From contig CM022676.1 of assembly GCA_012295275.1 (NCBI GenBank), forward strand, positions 15,810,001-15,874,000: 64,000 bases of DNA, read 5' to 3'. Below the pieces are notes generated by a model that searched no databases, was not told where the DNA came from, and saw only the letters and a program-made list of their open reading frames with translations. The translations under genes and the position numbers were made by a program. How positions within the stretch are numbered: the stretch's first letter is position 1; each line of letters opens with the position of its first letter. Source of the DNA: Chrysomallon squamiferum (Eukaryota > Animalia > Mollusca). This document shows positions 1 to 39,429 of the stretch, one piece after another.

Positions 1-577
1 AACTTGAATTATCTGATCCTGTTCACCATAACAATTGCCAAATATGTACTGTATTATAATAATGAAAACAGATTGTTAATTCTGAAAAGTAAATAGCTTT
101 ATCACTATTTTCTATTCTTACTTTGGATTTGCTCAATTAAAATATTGAGAAAAAACCACATATGTATTTTAAGCACAGAACTTAGACGTAAAGAGGAATC
201 CAATGGTGGAAGAAATTAAATATTCTTGGAAAAAGGAAAAAAAAAACGCATCGGTGTGAATTATTATTTCATTAATTATATATTAACCATGGCTGTGTCA
301 GTTCATATTTAAACCTTTCAGTATTTCATTATTATTATTATTATAATTATTATTTTTATTATTATTTTTATTTTGTTTTCATTAAAATAAGTAATATTAA
401 AATGTTTGTCAATGACAAAAATATTCATTGCTGGTATCTATAACACCGCCAAAGATATGAGGGTATCTCTATTGTACTTTAACAAATATCTTTGGAAATG
501 AAAAATATGACGTTTCTTTATATACTGTTTGTAGTATTATAATTGACCGATGATATAGAAATCTATTATTATTTCAG

Positions 578-21044
<20,467 letters not shown>

Positions 21045-21231
21045 GATATTTATTTACTTAAAACTTCGAAACAACTTATTTTATTTCTTTTATTATACAT
21101 ATAGACACACATACACACATACATTTTTATATACGTACATACACATTTACACAGGTTAAAACTTTGAAAAACACATAATTTTAGGAAAAGAAATTACATA
21201 AAATGATTATTTACAATCATGAAATTTTATT

Positions 21232-21237
21232 AATAAA
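21232..21237 (+). terminator. Candidate polyadenylation signal of the SRCR-Ig-FN3 gene
   Basis: First AATAAA seen after the stop codon; weak evidence in AT-rich DNA. Confidence 0.3.
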
Positions 21238-22192
21238 GAGAACTAATTAAAGATATAAATATTCTTATTTTCATACAAGACGTCGTTAGATACATTTGTT
21301 TTAAATGGGGTTTTATATTTGTATTATGTTTTCATCAGTACAATGTAATATACAGCGTATGTTTGAATAGTGGTTTATGTTCTAAAATTACAGTGTTTCG
21401 TTTGAATGTTTTGAATTAACTGATACTGTACAGTATATAGTTGCGATGAGTCTTTATAATGCTGATTAAAATATGCTTAGTCAAATTCTGATTAATCTAT
21501 AATCTACTAAAATCATGATTAAGCTGTGTCTAGTAAAATTATAATTAATCTATGTCTAGTGATATTGTAATTAGTTATCTCCATTTAATTGTGATTAAAC
21601 TATGTATAGTAATAAAAAAATATGACTCTGATGTTTTGTGCGCACACATACATTAAATTATCTGACTTATTACGTAGACGATGACAATACATTATAATGA
21701 TGATGTGATACTAGAGCCCAGAACAAAAATTTGTTTTCTAAATTCAGTTAATTATTACCCAAAGAACATAAACAGATTAAAATGAGCATAATTTGTTTTA
21801 TTATTTGTCATCACAAACAAACACATACACACAAAATTAATAATAATAATTGATAAATACAATCAAAAAACTAATAACATAAAAATGTATGATGATGTAG
21901 CTTTTTGCACATTTTCGTCAGCATATTGTGAACTATGCATTTGAGTTCGACACAATATTCTGTCTTACTTTAGTTTTCCTTTTATATTGAAAATTATATT
22001 TTACTTGTGTTCAGAACGCGCACAAAGGGGACATTTCAAAAACGTTTTCACTGCGATTCCACTCTTGTTTTCGTTTAGTTTTTACTTCATTTTATTTTAT
22101 TTATTGACATAATTATTTAGTATTTGTGTGAAGAAAGGTTATCACCCGTACCAACAATATCAGTGATAATGATAATAATAATAAAAATAAAA

Positions 22193-22253
<61 letters not shown>

Positions 22254-22475
22254 GCATTAATAATCAGAATGATCACGACAATATTAATGATGGTTCTATT
22301 GCTGCTGCTGCTGATGATGATGATAATAATACCAGCAATAATATAGTGATAAAATACTTTTTTCAAATTTATAAAATCATATGCACTCATAATTTTCTTA
22401 AACCTCCACAGATTAAACCGTCATTTAATAAAGTCATTATTCACCAATGTGTTGATTCTCACATTGATCTCATAG

Positions 22476-22514
<39 letters not shown>

Positions 22515-22939
22515 AAAACACACACACACATATACATATATATATACTGAAAATAATTTTCGTGTTGCTATACTCGAAGACCTGCTGATTTCCTGAAATT
22601 GGAGTACCAGCTTCAGAAAGGAAAACACCTGTTTCTAATGTTCACAAATCCAATATAACTGTTAAATATATTTACTTCGACGTACCAGAACAATACATAT
22701 AGATCAGAATGTAGTTAGACTAGTCGTAATGTATAAATCCATGTCCATTTAGGCAGAAATACTTGTAACAGTGAAATATTCACATATTATAAATGAGTTG
22801 AAAAGATAATGAGAGGAAGCCACGGTCACAAAATGTCAGACTACTCTTCTCTGACTGGCACCTTGCAAGTTCATGAATGTACCTAGCATGACGTTGATAA
22901 ACCAACTATGATAGTGATGAAAAACGTAATCATATATCA

Positions 22940-22975
<36 letters not shown>

Positions 22976-24391
22976 TTAGTGTTGTTTGTGGTGGCTTTTG
23001 GTGTGTGTGTCTGATAAAAAGAAAAAAAAAAAACAAATGGAAAAATGAAAAGTTAACGTCTGATGTTACTACCTATGTTAGTGTGGAACGCTAGATTTCA
23101 GTCTAATACAAGGACGACAATCCATATTAACTATTGAATGCGGAAGTTATAGTTTAAGTCCTAGTTTGAGCGTTCTGGTTGTCACGTTGCATTTAAATCG
23201 ATGTAAAAATATTGATTTCAGAAGAAAAAAAGTAAGAAGTAAGAAACAATGCTGACACCTGCAAAGAACATAAATGTAATTTTCTTGTTACACATATTTG
23301 TGTTTGTCTGTCGTTGATATATGTTGGCTAATAATAGGGCCAAGGTTCTAATATTTAAGATTAATTCAAGCTATAGTAACATAGTAAGAGTTAACTCAGC
23401 AAAACATGAACAAGAAGGCAGCGAAGCACCTCCAGGCCATCTGTAATAAGTATTCGCATTAATCGAAACTTTTCATGAATCTTTTTTTTTAATTTCTTTT
23501 TTCAAAATTATTTAGTCAATATATTTCAGAAAAAATTGTGTTTTTTAATTTGTTTGTTATTATTATTATTATTATTATTACTGTTTTTGTTTCTTTGTTT
23601 TTTTCTATCAAACATTTTTTTATATTTATTTGACCTGGCTTATGCATCAGCGTTTTGATGTGACCTGAAGATTAATGCTTCTCGTGTTCTGTGTGTGTGC
23701 ACATGCATACATACAAAGGTATAAAGGTTATCAGTAATATACTTCTCTATGAAAGGAAATAAATAAACTGTCCACCACGTCAGTACTTATTTACAGAAGA
23801 ATCGTAATCTTCTTTAATTTCACTGTTTAATTATAGATCTGTGTTTGTTAGGTATCTTTCTTTAAATGTGTTTGTGTGTGTGTGTCTATGTATCTATGTA
23901 CTTGTACAGATAAGCAAATAAGATCAAACTCTGCAATGCAGAAAAAGACACGTGTGATACGTCTGCCATTTGAAGCAGACATACAATAATTGTCTTAGGT
24001 TTGTACTTGCTGTGATTATAGTGGAAACAAATGTTTCTGTTATCTGACCATAGTGGAAAATTTCTCTGATGGGGCTAATCAACAAGTAAAAATAGTCGAA
24101 ATTTTAAAACTGATCCTTTTCTGATTTCATAATATTCGGAAGTGAACAGCTCTTATTCAATATTATATCAATATTACTTAATTCGCTGTTTATGGCAATC
24201 ATTTTCTAAATCAAAACAATCGCTCGTCTTAGAACGGAAGAGAGAGTGATCGGCAAATCACGATGTTAATTTTTGTGTTCATTTCTGAACGTATTGATCT
24301 TACATACAGCAAAAGTAGGAGCACTGAAGAAAAACACTGTAACCAACAAGTTATTAAAAATCAAAACAACATATACATATAATCATTTTAA

Positions 24392-24437
24392 ACATGCAGC
24401 ACTGAAACAAATAAGAGTAACTCCATTACACCTGTCC
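24392..24437 (+). pseudogene. 3' fragment of a Cys-rich Ig-like D2 exon (same family as 48935-49267)
   Basis: TCSTETNKSNSITPV|GTAAGA matches TCNTEQSKSNSITSV|GTAATT at 49222-49267. Confidence 0.7.
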
Positions 24438-24443
24438 GTAAGA

Positions 24444-24485
<42 letters not shown>

Positions 24486-25599
24486 GCTCTAGATATTGAC
24501 ATTACTGACACCGTTCTTCATGTTGTTGTTTTTTTTTCCATTTTTTTTCTTTTTCACTTTTTGTTTTTCTTTAATATAAAATTGATCACAGGTGATGCTG
24601 ATAATAATAATTAAAAATAACAATGACAACAACAATTAAATTGGTTGCGTTATTCACTGTTTCTTACTTAAATTATTTTATTATTTACACCAGAAACGAA
24701 AACTGAATATTTGTGTTCATGTTCATATCCATATGTATATCTCCGTTTCTTTTTACCATGGAGAAAAAGAGAAATGGGGATCTATATGGCTTGGCGGGTA
24801 ATGAGAAATATGTGCATGAAGGACGTTACACGAAAAAGACATGCGAAAAACGAACTAACCTTATTTCAGAATTGTCTGAAATCTTTAAATTGACAAACAC
24901 AACCAGTTATAATTTAGGCAGGAAACAAACTAACAATAAAATACTCTTACATAATTTTGTGTGAGTCATGTTACACTTAATCCGCTGACATAAAATAAAT
25001 AGTATATGGTGAACTGGTGTGATGATAATAGCATTTCAATTCAAGATGATGATGCGGATGTGATATCTTAACTAAACATTTAGAAACATTCAAAACGATT
25101 CGGAAGTGACGAATGATTTGCCAGTAAATAATTAGTATTTCCGTAGCTTCGTAATTCCGTTTATAAATAAAGTTAGCATCACAAGGAAATAGTTCATTAT
25201 CGTACTGTTCATAATTATTATAATCATTTAGCAATATATATTTTCTTTATAACAGAAAAAATAGGATTTTACAAAAAACAATTCATTTATTGTTTGATGC
25301 TTACTGCATGTTGATAACAGCTTCAGAATGCGCCTCTGTTGACAAATCACTAATAACATGATTCTCCGATAGTTACAAAGTAATTATTTGTATGTTTACT
25401 ATATTCAAGACACTAAAGATAGTTATTTGCTGAAGAATTTATGAAAATTATCTGAATCAGCATAAAAGTTCAGAACAGAATATCTGTAAACACAGAACAT
25501 GTGAATCGTTGTCCACAGAATCAGACACACACAAACACACATGCACACCCGTGCAATCATATTTAGACACTTTCACACAAGTATCAAGGAATCTGAAGT

Positions 25600-26550
25600 A
25601 TACATAATGACAAACGATTTTGTCAGACAGATATATACATATATAGATAGTCAGACAGACAGACAGATAGATAGATCGATAGATAGGTCAAGATTAATAG
25701 AGAGACCGGTAGACAGACTACCACAAATAAAGGTTATCTTCGCTATTCTTGGCAATATCAATTTTTTACTTTTTAATTTTTTACTTCTTTTTTTTACTTT
25801 TTTTTTTTATTTTTTTATTTTTTATCTCATTTGTGCCATACGTTACATTCAGCTCCTAAGACAAAGTTTTTTGAAGCAGGTTACCAAATATTGCGTCAGT
25901 CAACGTGCAATGTACATAAAGCTAGGAACGAGGGTCTGAATTAAAGAAGTGGTGTCTGATGCAGACAAACTGATGTAGTCAGTTTTATATTAAGAAATGT
26001 TGTTCTTTCCAAATATATGGATAATTTTTTTTTTTTACTTTTTATACCTACAGTCATTTCAGGTATGTTATATTATTCTTAAGTATATAGTTAACAAGAA
26101 TGAAATGCATAAGAGAAATAATAATAAAACATAATAATAATAATAATAATAATAGCGTACCGATGGTTACATTTTAAAAAAAATAAAACAATATATAGCA
26201 AAACGCCAAGAACAGCCGCTACGTTCAATGTATTTCATTTAAAATTGTGAATCAGTAAGGCATGGAATTATAAAGACCGTGTATTGAATAATGGCTAAGT
26301 CTGCATAGACAAAAGATTCACAGCAGAGAGTATGTATGTTGGATGGTATTGATAGCACAGGCTCAATACTATTCGCTCTCGAATTTTTAAATATTGACAC
26401 AAATGTGCACAGTTGCTTCTATTTTCAGACTGATACGTTGCTAATGAGTAGGTAAATTTTGATGACAATGTTTTATTGGAAAGATAATTCGCTAAGGATC
26501 CCAAATGTGCCACTAGGACGTGCAACTACATTTTGGAAATTTTGCACCTT
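25600..26550 (+). repeat. Copy of an intronic block of the SRCR gene (about 6140-6870)
   Basis: Shared GCTAGGAACGAGGGTCTGAATTAAAG, CAGTCATTTCAGGTATGTTATATTATT, GACAAAAGATTCACAG and TATTCGCTCTCGAATTT. Confidence 0.85.
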
Positions 26551-26750
26551 NNNNNNNNNNNNNNNNNNNNNNNNNNNNNNNNNNNNNNNNNNNNNNNNNN
26601 NNNNNNNNNNNNNNNNNNNNNNNNNNNNNNNNNNNNNNNNNNNNNNNNNNNNNNNNNNNNNNNNNNNNNNNNNNNNNNNNNNNNNNNNNNNNNNNNNNNN
26701 NNNNNNNNNNNNNNNNNNNNNNNNNNNNNNNNNNNNNNNNNNNNNNNNNN
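26551..26750. other. Assembly gap (200 N)
   Basis: Run of N. Confidence 1.
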
Positions 26751-28332
26751 GTTTAGGTTTTACACGTTTCGGTGCTTTATTTTATTGAAGTAAACAAAAC
26801 TCCTTAATAGCACACTGAAACAAAGAAACCAGAAACCAGTTACTTTTTGTTTATCCTTCACTATTGTACTGATGGATGTATGTATGTTTAAGCGAGTGGA
26901 AACATACATACATACAAACACATATACATGCATGCATACATATGCATATACATACATATACACACACACCCAAACACACAGACACATACACACACAAAAA
27001 CAAACACATACACAAATATATTTACAGAAAAGTACGCACTTACGAAATTTTAAAGGCAGTTTTAGAATTATAAAGTTCCGTTAATTGGCGGTGAAGATAT
27101 AGCGAGTTGAGTGTGACAAAGTAAACCAGCTTTGTATTTTTTCCTCTCCGGTGGATTCTGTTTTTCCTTGGATTCCGCTGTTTTCACCGATGTCCTCAGA
27201 CTTTTGGAATGTTTTGGCTTCGGTATATATATATATATATATCTGTATTGTGTGGCAACTTAAATTTATATTAATGTAATAACTTGATTTACATAAATTA
27301 GAAACTTAATAAAATATCTAGAGTTATTATACGTAAAAGAAATGTGTCAAATGAAACACAGTGTCATAGATAACGTGTTTTACGTTAAGTACAGACGAGA
27401 TTATCTCTGTACGTCATATATATATATTTATCTGTTTGTGTAGATATCTAAAAACTATGTCTAGGAAGGATCAAGGTAGGATGTTACTATTCACTGATAC
27501 TGAGTTGAGGCTACATCACTAATATGCTGTTTTACTGAACTTTGAATTTCTGATAGACAGACACAATAATTTACTGTTAATGGATTGTGTGTCTGAAGTT
27601 ACAGAGATAGTGAGCAAACGAACGAAACATCTAGACTAAATATGGGAATACACACACTTTTGTCACTTTGATAGAGCCATTTATATTTATTAGTATATAA
27701 ATGTAGATTTGTACTGAGTACCTATTTTCTGTGTAGATCCTTACTGCAATCGATAATGTTCACCTAAGACAATATAATCATATAATCTAAAACCATTTGA
27801 ACTTTTATCAGTACGTTGGTTATTCATGTTTTTTCCTTCTCTCACTCAAAGTTCATGTTCCAATTTTAATTTTTGTAACTGAAATTTTCTTTTTGTACTT
27901 TAGGCTTGACAAAACCTAATATATACTCTCTCTGTCTCACTGATGAAGTTGACATTGTACTAAAGTGATCTTTATCTCAGGGTAATAAATTTCAGACAAC
28001 TGAGTAATCTTTAGTCTAGACAAAAAAGATTAGTACATCATGTTATCACTCACACGTTTTTCAATAATAAACTGAACACAGAGGACAGACATTTTAAATA
28101 CGGATCGTAGAAATATTCGAACTTTCAGTTTAGAATCTACTTATTCATATGCAAACAAATTTAAATAGACGAAACAGGATATTTATAGTACTAAGCAATA
28201 AACTGTATCATAAAGGAATTGTTATTATCATTATTATTATTATTATATTATTGTTATTTTTATTATTATTATTACATAGATTTTTTAACAAAGTTTTCTC
28301 TCTGTACCTAGTATTATCAGGAATACCAACAA

Positions 28333-28740
<408 letters not shown>

Positions 28741-30312
28741 ACAACAACACTAATAATAAATTAATTAATTAATTAATCTTGTTTATTTTCATTTTACGCT
28801 CCTAGTTTAGAAAAGAAATACAGGAACAAATAAAACAGAACAGAACAAAATGTGTGTTTAATCAGTTTTGAAATAGAAAAGTCTACATACCAAACATTTG
28901 TAGTCAGCTTCAGCGGATGTATCTGATGAGGTGGTATAGACGCTGAGTTTTTATTTTCTGCTGATGTAAACATTAACGTTTCCAAGAAATTAACTGATAA
29001 GAGTACTTTCACTTTAATTACCGTATACGTCACAGTATAGGGGACAGAATGTAGAAACATTGTTTCAGTTAAAAAAAAATAATAATAAAAAATAAAATTG
29101 GATATAAATACCTTACTGTGAAACACATTTACATACGCATATAAAAACACATAAACAAATATATGTGAAGCATACGTAAATGTATAAGCCAGAAACACAT
29201 ACAGATAAGACTTCTACACTTCCGCACACATATGTTACACTAAATAATTCAGTCTAAAGGAAGTAGATGGAACTGGTAAAAACAGATGAGTAGTAGCCGC
29301 AAACTTGCTGAAAGTATCTGATTATAAATTTATAAATTGTTAATTTATACAAATACATTCAATAATAAACTGAACATTAAGTTTACGCAGACTTACCCGT
29401 CTTACTCAGTATCGAGCGCTCGATTTCAATCTACCATAAGGGAGGTAACCCATATTAACTATTGAATGCGGAGGTTATGCGTTAAGTGTTCATTTGATCG
29501 CTCTGCTTGTCACGTTGCATTTAAATCGATCTAATACTTATGATTTCAGAAACGAAATTGCTGACTTTGTCAGCCACATCTTCAAAGTAAGTGAATGCAA
29601 TTTTCTTGTTACATATAGTTATTCTTCTGTCTGTCGTGTATACATGTTTTGCTAATAACAGGTAACTTGTCGCGATCCTCGCCTGAACTTACTAATTAAT
29701 ATGAATATTAATAGTAAGTTCTTAACTATGTGTTAAACTAAGTAAGCCAAGAACATAAACACGAAAACAGCGAAGCACCTTCGGCCACATTTAACAGTTA
29801 TTAACATTATAACTTTTCGTGTAACCGTTTAAAATTAATTAGCGAATATTTAATTTTTTAACTTCTATTTTTTTTGTAGCTTTGTATATAAATGTATGAA
29901 ACTTCAGTGTGTATGTGTATGTGTGTGTGTGTGTGTTGTTTTTTTTTAAAATTAAATAGTTATAAATATTTTATATTTGATTTCTAGAATTATTCACTTG
30001 TAAATTAACTTAATTTGTTATATTTATCTACTTATCTGCCTTTTCACATGCATACATATATATAAAAGATACCAGTAATATATTTCTTTTTGAAACCAGC
30101 AAAATAAGCTGTAGACTACATGAGTACTTATTTATAGAAATATCAATAATTATGGTCTTCTTTATTTTCACTGTTGAATTATATCTCTATCTGTATATAT
30201 GTGTAGTACATGAATATATATACACACATGACTGTAAATATGTACAATTGTAAGCACACACATATCTGTTGATGTATGTGCAGTGCATAATTTGATATAT
30301 ATACACAGATTA

Positions 30313-30358
<46 letters not shown>

Positions 30359-31244
30359 TATATACACACACACACAAGTATCTGTGTATATGTGTATTTA
30401 GATAGTTGGATGTATAATATATATACATCACAGTGTCAATACCTGGTAAGGAACATAAAAAATAAACTGACAGCAGTCTATATGAAACGGTAATTTTATC
30501 CATCCACTAGAGAAATAAACACAACTCATGTTAATGTATACATTATACCCTATCATCATAAGAACAGACAATGGCCTACCATACTCTTACATAAAGAAAA
30601 TGTCATTTGAAAACACTGCTTTCCTGCCTGACTATCAAATCTGTCTTTTCTCTTCTGACTATGAAATACCAGTCCTTTTGAAGCAAATCCACTGAGTTGA
30701 AAAATTAGTTCTAAAAGTAAATTGTGGTGTGACAGAAAACTAATTAATAAAATAAATTGTTACATAATCTGAGTTGAAAAATCAACATCATTCATTATGA
30801 GTTACAAATATATTAGAATTCTGTTCATTTTATTTACATGTATTTGTGTATGTATTTGTAATTAGCTGTACATATTTATACATTTAGTTGATAAACTGAA
30901 TAACTTTAAGTATCGTGTATACTGCTGAGGTGTATTAATTTACAATACAATGACAAAATACTTAGTCTATGTAAAGTAGATGATACCAGGCTTTGATGAA
31001 AACAGGTAATTTACACGTAAATTTAATAAGAACTCACTCAACTGTCTCTGCTTAGAAAACAAATCTGAGAACAAGAAAACTCAAAATTCTGACTTGTGTA
31101 ACTTAATAAATGCTGATTATATTTGATAATTTTTGTCTAACAACAGACCATGTTCCTTCAAAGTTGTTAAATTTGTTACCTATCAGCTGTAAATTTATTA
31201 TATTCCTCTTTGGATAACAAAATGAGTACATAAATTAACAACAG

Positions 31245-31286
31245 GAAGATCGTAAAACAGTAGGTGGATCCCACATTCTGGCTGCT
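31245..31286 (+). pseudogene. PCSK7: Isolated decayed copy of the PCSK7 exon seen at 35535-35589
   Basis: EDRKTVGGSHILAA|GTGAGT versus DDGKTVDGSHILAA|GTGAGG; the following intron sequence is also homologous. Confidence 0.75.
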
Positions 31287-31868
31287 GTGAGTTCAAATCT
31301 TCAGAACTAACTAGTTTATATTAAAATTTGAAAACAAATTATGAAACTGTGCAGTATTATATTTTAGAACGAATTTTAATGTTTCTGTTTATTTCTTTTA
31401 AGACTGTTTTAGTTCATGCAAAGATGCTAATGTTTTTGGCTGTCCAGATCATCTGATGTGTGTATATATAGTGAATGAAAATAGATATTTAAAACAGGTA
31501 AAAACAGAAAAATATGCATTGTTTTAGTAGCAATATAGATCTGTGCTGTATTTAACAAATAACATTTACAGTGTACAGGTTTCAAAACTGTGATATATCA
31601 GGAGAGTTTATTTACTAGTTTGAGATATCAATCTGTCTGTCTCTGTGACTACCTATTTATTTATTGATCAGTTTATCGATCTGTCTCTACATCTACATAT
31701 CTGTCTGTGCAGATAATGACAAGAATTGACTACTGAGTGTGTGAGTAAATGTAGGTGCAGATAGAATATTAAACATGTAAACACATGTTGTTTGTTTTTA
31801 AATAAACATTTTTAAACATTTTTGTCCACAGATTCTTCACTTCTACAGATGAACTCATTCAGTAAAGT

Positions 31869-35589
<3,721 letters not shown>

Positions 35590-35987
35590 GTGAGGTCAAA
35601 TCTTCACAGCTGACTGATTTATGGTAATTAAAACTAATTATGAAGGTATACAATTTTAATTTTTCTTTTTATCTCTTGTCAGATTATTTTAGTTGAGGTG
35701 TACTCTATTTAAGAAGTAACACTTACAGTGTATATGTTTCAGATTTTTGATATGTCACAAAATTTATTTATTCTAAGAATTTCATCACTCTAATCATACC
35801 TGTTTTGAGATACCTATCTGTCTGTCTATCTGTTTATTGAAGATTATGAAAATAATTTACATATGTATGTGTGTGTGAGACAGAGATACAGAGTGCATGC
35901 ATGTGTATATGTGTGATGGATATATAAGTATGTACATACACAAAACAGTGAGTGATAGTTTGATGTTTTCTTATAATTTATTTGTAG

Positions 35988-36640
35988 ATGAACCTTTGGA
36001 AAAGATAGGCAACAGCAAAAGATCACACTGGCTCCTTCAATTAGCAGTATCAAAGTTGCAGTATAACACTATATAGGATATTCACTTTATATGAGCAAAG
36101 ATGAAGGAAGAACAGTTAGATCAGTACTTGTATGTCAACTCAGGCCTGAAGCAAAGAAAACTTTACAACCTGTCCAACCTGCTTTCTGCACTGAGCCACA
36201 CAACAACAAAACCAGTCATCTTTTCAGTTGTTGCAGGATAAGCAAGCAACTACCAACCTGAAACACTGGAGAGTATTTACTTTCAGAATTGTTTGATGAA
36301 CCTTTTACATCTGTCAGTAAGGAAAAGTTAATTATTGTCAGAATGTGTTCATGGAAATCTGATAGTAAGGAAGAGGCACTGAATTACAAAACTAGCACAA
36401 AGTTACAATCAAACAGCAATGAAATGATAGATGAGCAACTCTGTTTAAACAAGTCTCTCTCTTACCAGGTTCAGTGCCAGGTATTTCTTACCAATATGGA
36501 ATACTGTGTCTGCTGAAACTGATTTCTTCACAGAGAAAATTATTTTTGATGAGCAATTTTCTACTGAAATGATGGAAAAGACAGGTCAGTTTTTTAAACT
36601 AGCAGAGTTCCACAACTCAAAACAGATTTGCCATTGGATA
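35988..36640 (+). pseudogene. YqaJ/lambda-exonuclease-like transposon accessory gene relic
   Basis: Fragments HWLLQ...DIHF...AKMKEEQLDQ, KPVIFSVV, STKLQSNSNE, YQVQCQVFLTNMEYC, FTEKIIFDEQF...FF with stops and frameshifts; catalytic core appears deleted. Confidence 0.65.
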
Positions 36641-36849
36641 TTGTACTTTTCAACATTCTGAATGTGAACTGTAAGGAATTCAAGAAGAAAACATCAAAAA
36701 CAAAAACAAAGACAGTAAATTAAATATCTTTGTAATTGATTTGTATCCTAAACTGTACGATGAAAAATTAAAAATAAACAAGTTGCTATTTATTACTATT
36801 ATTATGTTTTGTTTTTGCACAAAAAAAATAAACAAATAAATTGAAAATA

Positions 36850-38226
36850 TTTGCAAGCACAATGTCACCTTGTAAGAGGTTTAATAATAACAGGCAGCTG
36901 TTTTCAGTTTGATGTTTTCCTGATGCTTTGTCACGTCCTTTTGATGAAAATGAAATTGCATTTTGAGGGTTAATACTAATTAAATATTTAACAGTATTGT
37001 GGTCTTTGAACACGTTTTAGCTCAAACTAATAAATTAGATTTTCTCTCTATAAATACTAATTAAATATTTAAATGTGTTTTGCTGTCTGTAATTAGAGCA
37101 GGTTTTAGCTCAAGCTAATTAATTAGATGGTGGCTCTATAAATATCTCAAAGCAGTCAAAACAACTGAAACTATGACTCAAAAATATCTAAACAATTCCA
37201 CAAACATTGTTAACTGAACTTGTTCTTAGTTCAGCCACAATACTAAACATTTCAACTTCTCAAACAATATTTTTGTGACATCATGAAATGTCAGACACAC
37301 AACTTGCACACATTTTAAATCTATAACACAGATCCTGTTGTAGACTGAGTCTAAGTTTCTTTTCCACTAACACAAGTTTTTCAAATTTTGTTAAAACTGT
37401 TTTTGAGATCTCAGAGGTATGTGGAGAAATAACATTAATTAAAGGCACAAATACTGTGAAACAAAGTCCTGTGTAATGTTTTACTCTTTCATCACCATCT
37501 TTGAGGACATCTGGAGTAAACAGACTATTTTTCTGTGTTTTCTCATGTAAGTCTCTGGAGTTCCACCTGCATCATGCCTACAATTTCTCTTTCTGCTTCT
37601 GAAACCGGTTTTAGTTTTCCTTTAATTTGAAAACTTCAAGTTTCACCAACATACGAGCCATGTCATATACAGTTTAATTATCAGCATCATTAATGATTTA
37701 GTAATAAATGTCAGTGATAATTTCATTGAAATGATAAATACTGTATACTTACCCCATATAAACTAATGACTTGTGTAACTACTGTAACAATTCAAATGGT
37801 TTGCCTCTGTATTTTATTATTATTACTATTATTTTACCTTCATATTCAAGTTTTTCGTAGTTAATTTCATACAGTTTATTCATTTATTTTACATTAATGA
37901 ATTATAAATAAAGTTATTTATATGTTATTATTTAGATCATAATAAAATGTATGACCAATTTACTCAGGAATTAATTTGTATTTTAACAATTAAAGTAAGA
38001 AGAAGGAAACTGATTTAATTTCCTGATAAAGAGTGGTCCCAACAAACTTTAAAATGATGTTAAAGTTTGCTAGGTTTATCCTTGAAAGCAACAATGTTTT
38101 CTGACACTCGATATTCTCTGAGTTTGGCTTCCTTGGTGTTTAGTTACCTCTGAGGTATCAGTTACAGCAGCGTCTATTTTTATCTCCACTGGTTGAACGA
38201 TCTGCAAACTACACATGTGTTAACTA
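36850..38226 (-). pseudogene. THAP-DDE_Tnp_4 transposase relic
   Basis: Minus strand VNTCVV...KHQGSQTQ...KVCWDHSLSG (THAP), DERVKHYTGL...LTKFEKLVLV..KLRL..QDLCYRF (HTH), DCFEIFIE, HNTVKYLISINPQNAISFSSKG...TENS..LL.GDIVLA (DDE). Confidence 0.85.
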
Positions 38227-39429
38227 TCCGTTTGTGCTAAAATACTGTTATAATCGAGTGAATGAGTGAAATATTAACATGGTAAAGACAGAAAGTTGAT
38301 GTGAAGCATGTGACAAAATTGACTGATTCAGCTACTTTCATAGAATACTGTTTACACAGAGGTTATTCAGAACTGTGCCATGCAATACTGCTGAGAGTGG
38401 ATTATGGGTAATTGGTGACGCCCGCAGGAAACCTATATCTTAAAAATATAATAATGGTCCTTACAAAAGTTGTTTCGATTTGAAAGTAAATGGAACGGTA
38501 ATTGATTTTCAGTCGGACACACTTTAAGAAGTAACTTTTGAAAAGATGTTTTTCTGACAGCCTGTTTGAATGTGGAGTGGAATTTATGAACTAACTGTCA
38601 AAACAAAGATACTTAATAAGGAGATTTCTACTCAGTGATCTACTATTTTATTATTATGTGTCATGTAAGTAGTATGCACTGTACTATGTTTTGAACCAAG
38701 CTTAAAATCTATCTTCGTTATCGTGTGGTTTCCGATAAAAGGATATTTTGGATGGTTGTTTAGTTGTATCGGCACTTGATGGCAGTTTGTTTACTTACTA
38801 TCATTCCTACTAAATATTTTGTATCATTGATGATGTTATCGTTGATTTATAGGTTCCCGATTTCATTAACAGAGACAAATACAATCTCAAGGTTACATTC
38901 ATATAATATTTATCAGTTTAATAAGATGATCTATATGTAGTATATAAAAAAGAAATCTATTTATTGAAAAAGTGTCAGAAGCATTCGAGCTGAACGTTTA
39001 TAAACAAATAAATAAATAAAATAATAAAAAAGATGAGATTATTTATGTTCGTCACAACAGAGAAATTAAAATATTACACCCTCTCCCGCAAGTAAAGTAA
39101 ATGCAGAAAAGACGTTATAATCTGTTTCCTTTTTTAAAACAGTGGAGCTTATTGAAATACATAATTAGAATGATTTTCTCTTTCAAAGAAAGTTTTTCAG
39201 AAATTTCATTGACTGCTATTATAAGAAAAGATTGTATCTAGCGAAGAACATTTGAAAAGTTAGTTTTTAAGTAGTTTGAGATTTCTTTTTTCTGACTGGG
39301 TTCATTTCCTAGTCAGTTACTGTTATTACTATTACTGTTGACGTTGATGTTATTATTGTTGTTATTTTATTGTTATTATTATTGTTATTGTTATTAATAT
39401 TTCAGATATTGCACTAGAATCATTGAGAC

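Larger units (their letters stand above)
35988..38434. mobile_element. Decayed ISL2EU-type (PIF/Harbinger-related) DNA transposon with two convergent genes
   Basis: YqaJ-like exonuclease relic on + and THAP/HTH/DDE_Tnp_4 transposase relic on -; candidate terminus ...CGCAGGAAACCT followed by AT at 38435-38436; the other terminus was not found. Confidence 0.8.

Noticed and set aside
26459-26793. Three ORFs spanning the N run
   Set aside because: Artefacts of the assembly gap
27904-28002. Possible small exon LTKPNIYSLCL
   Set aside because: In-frame stop and no recognisable domain
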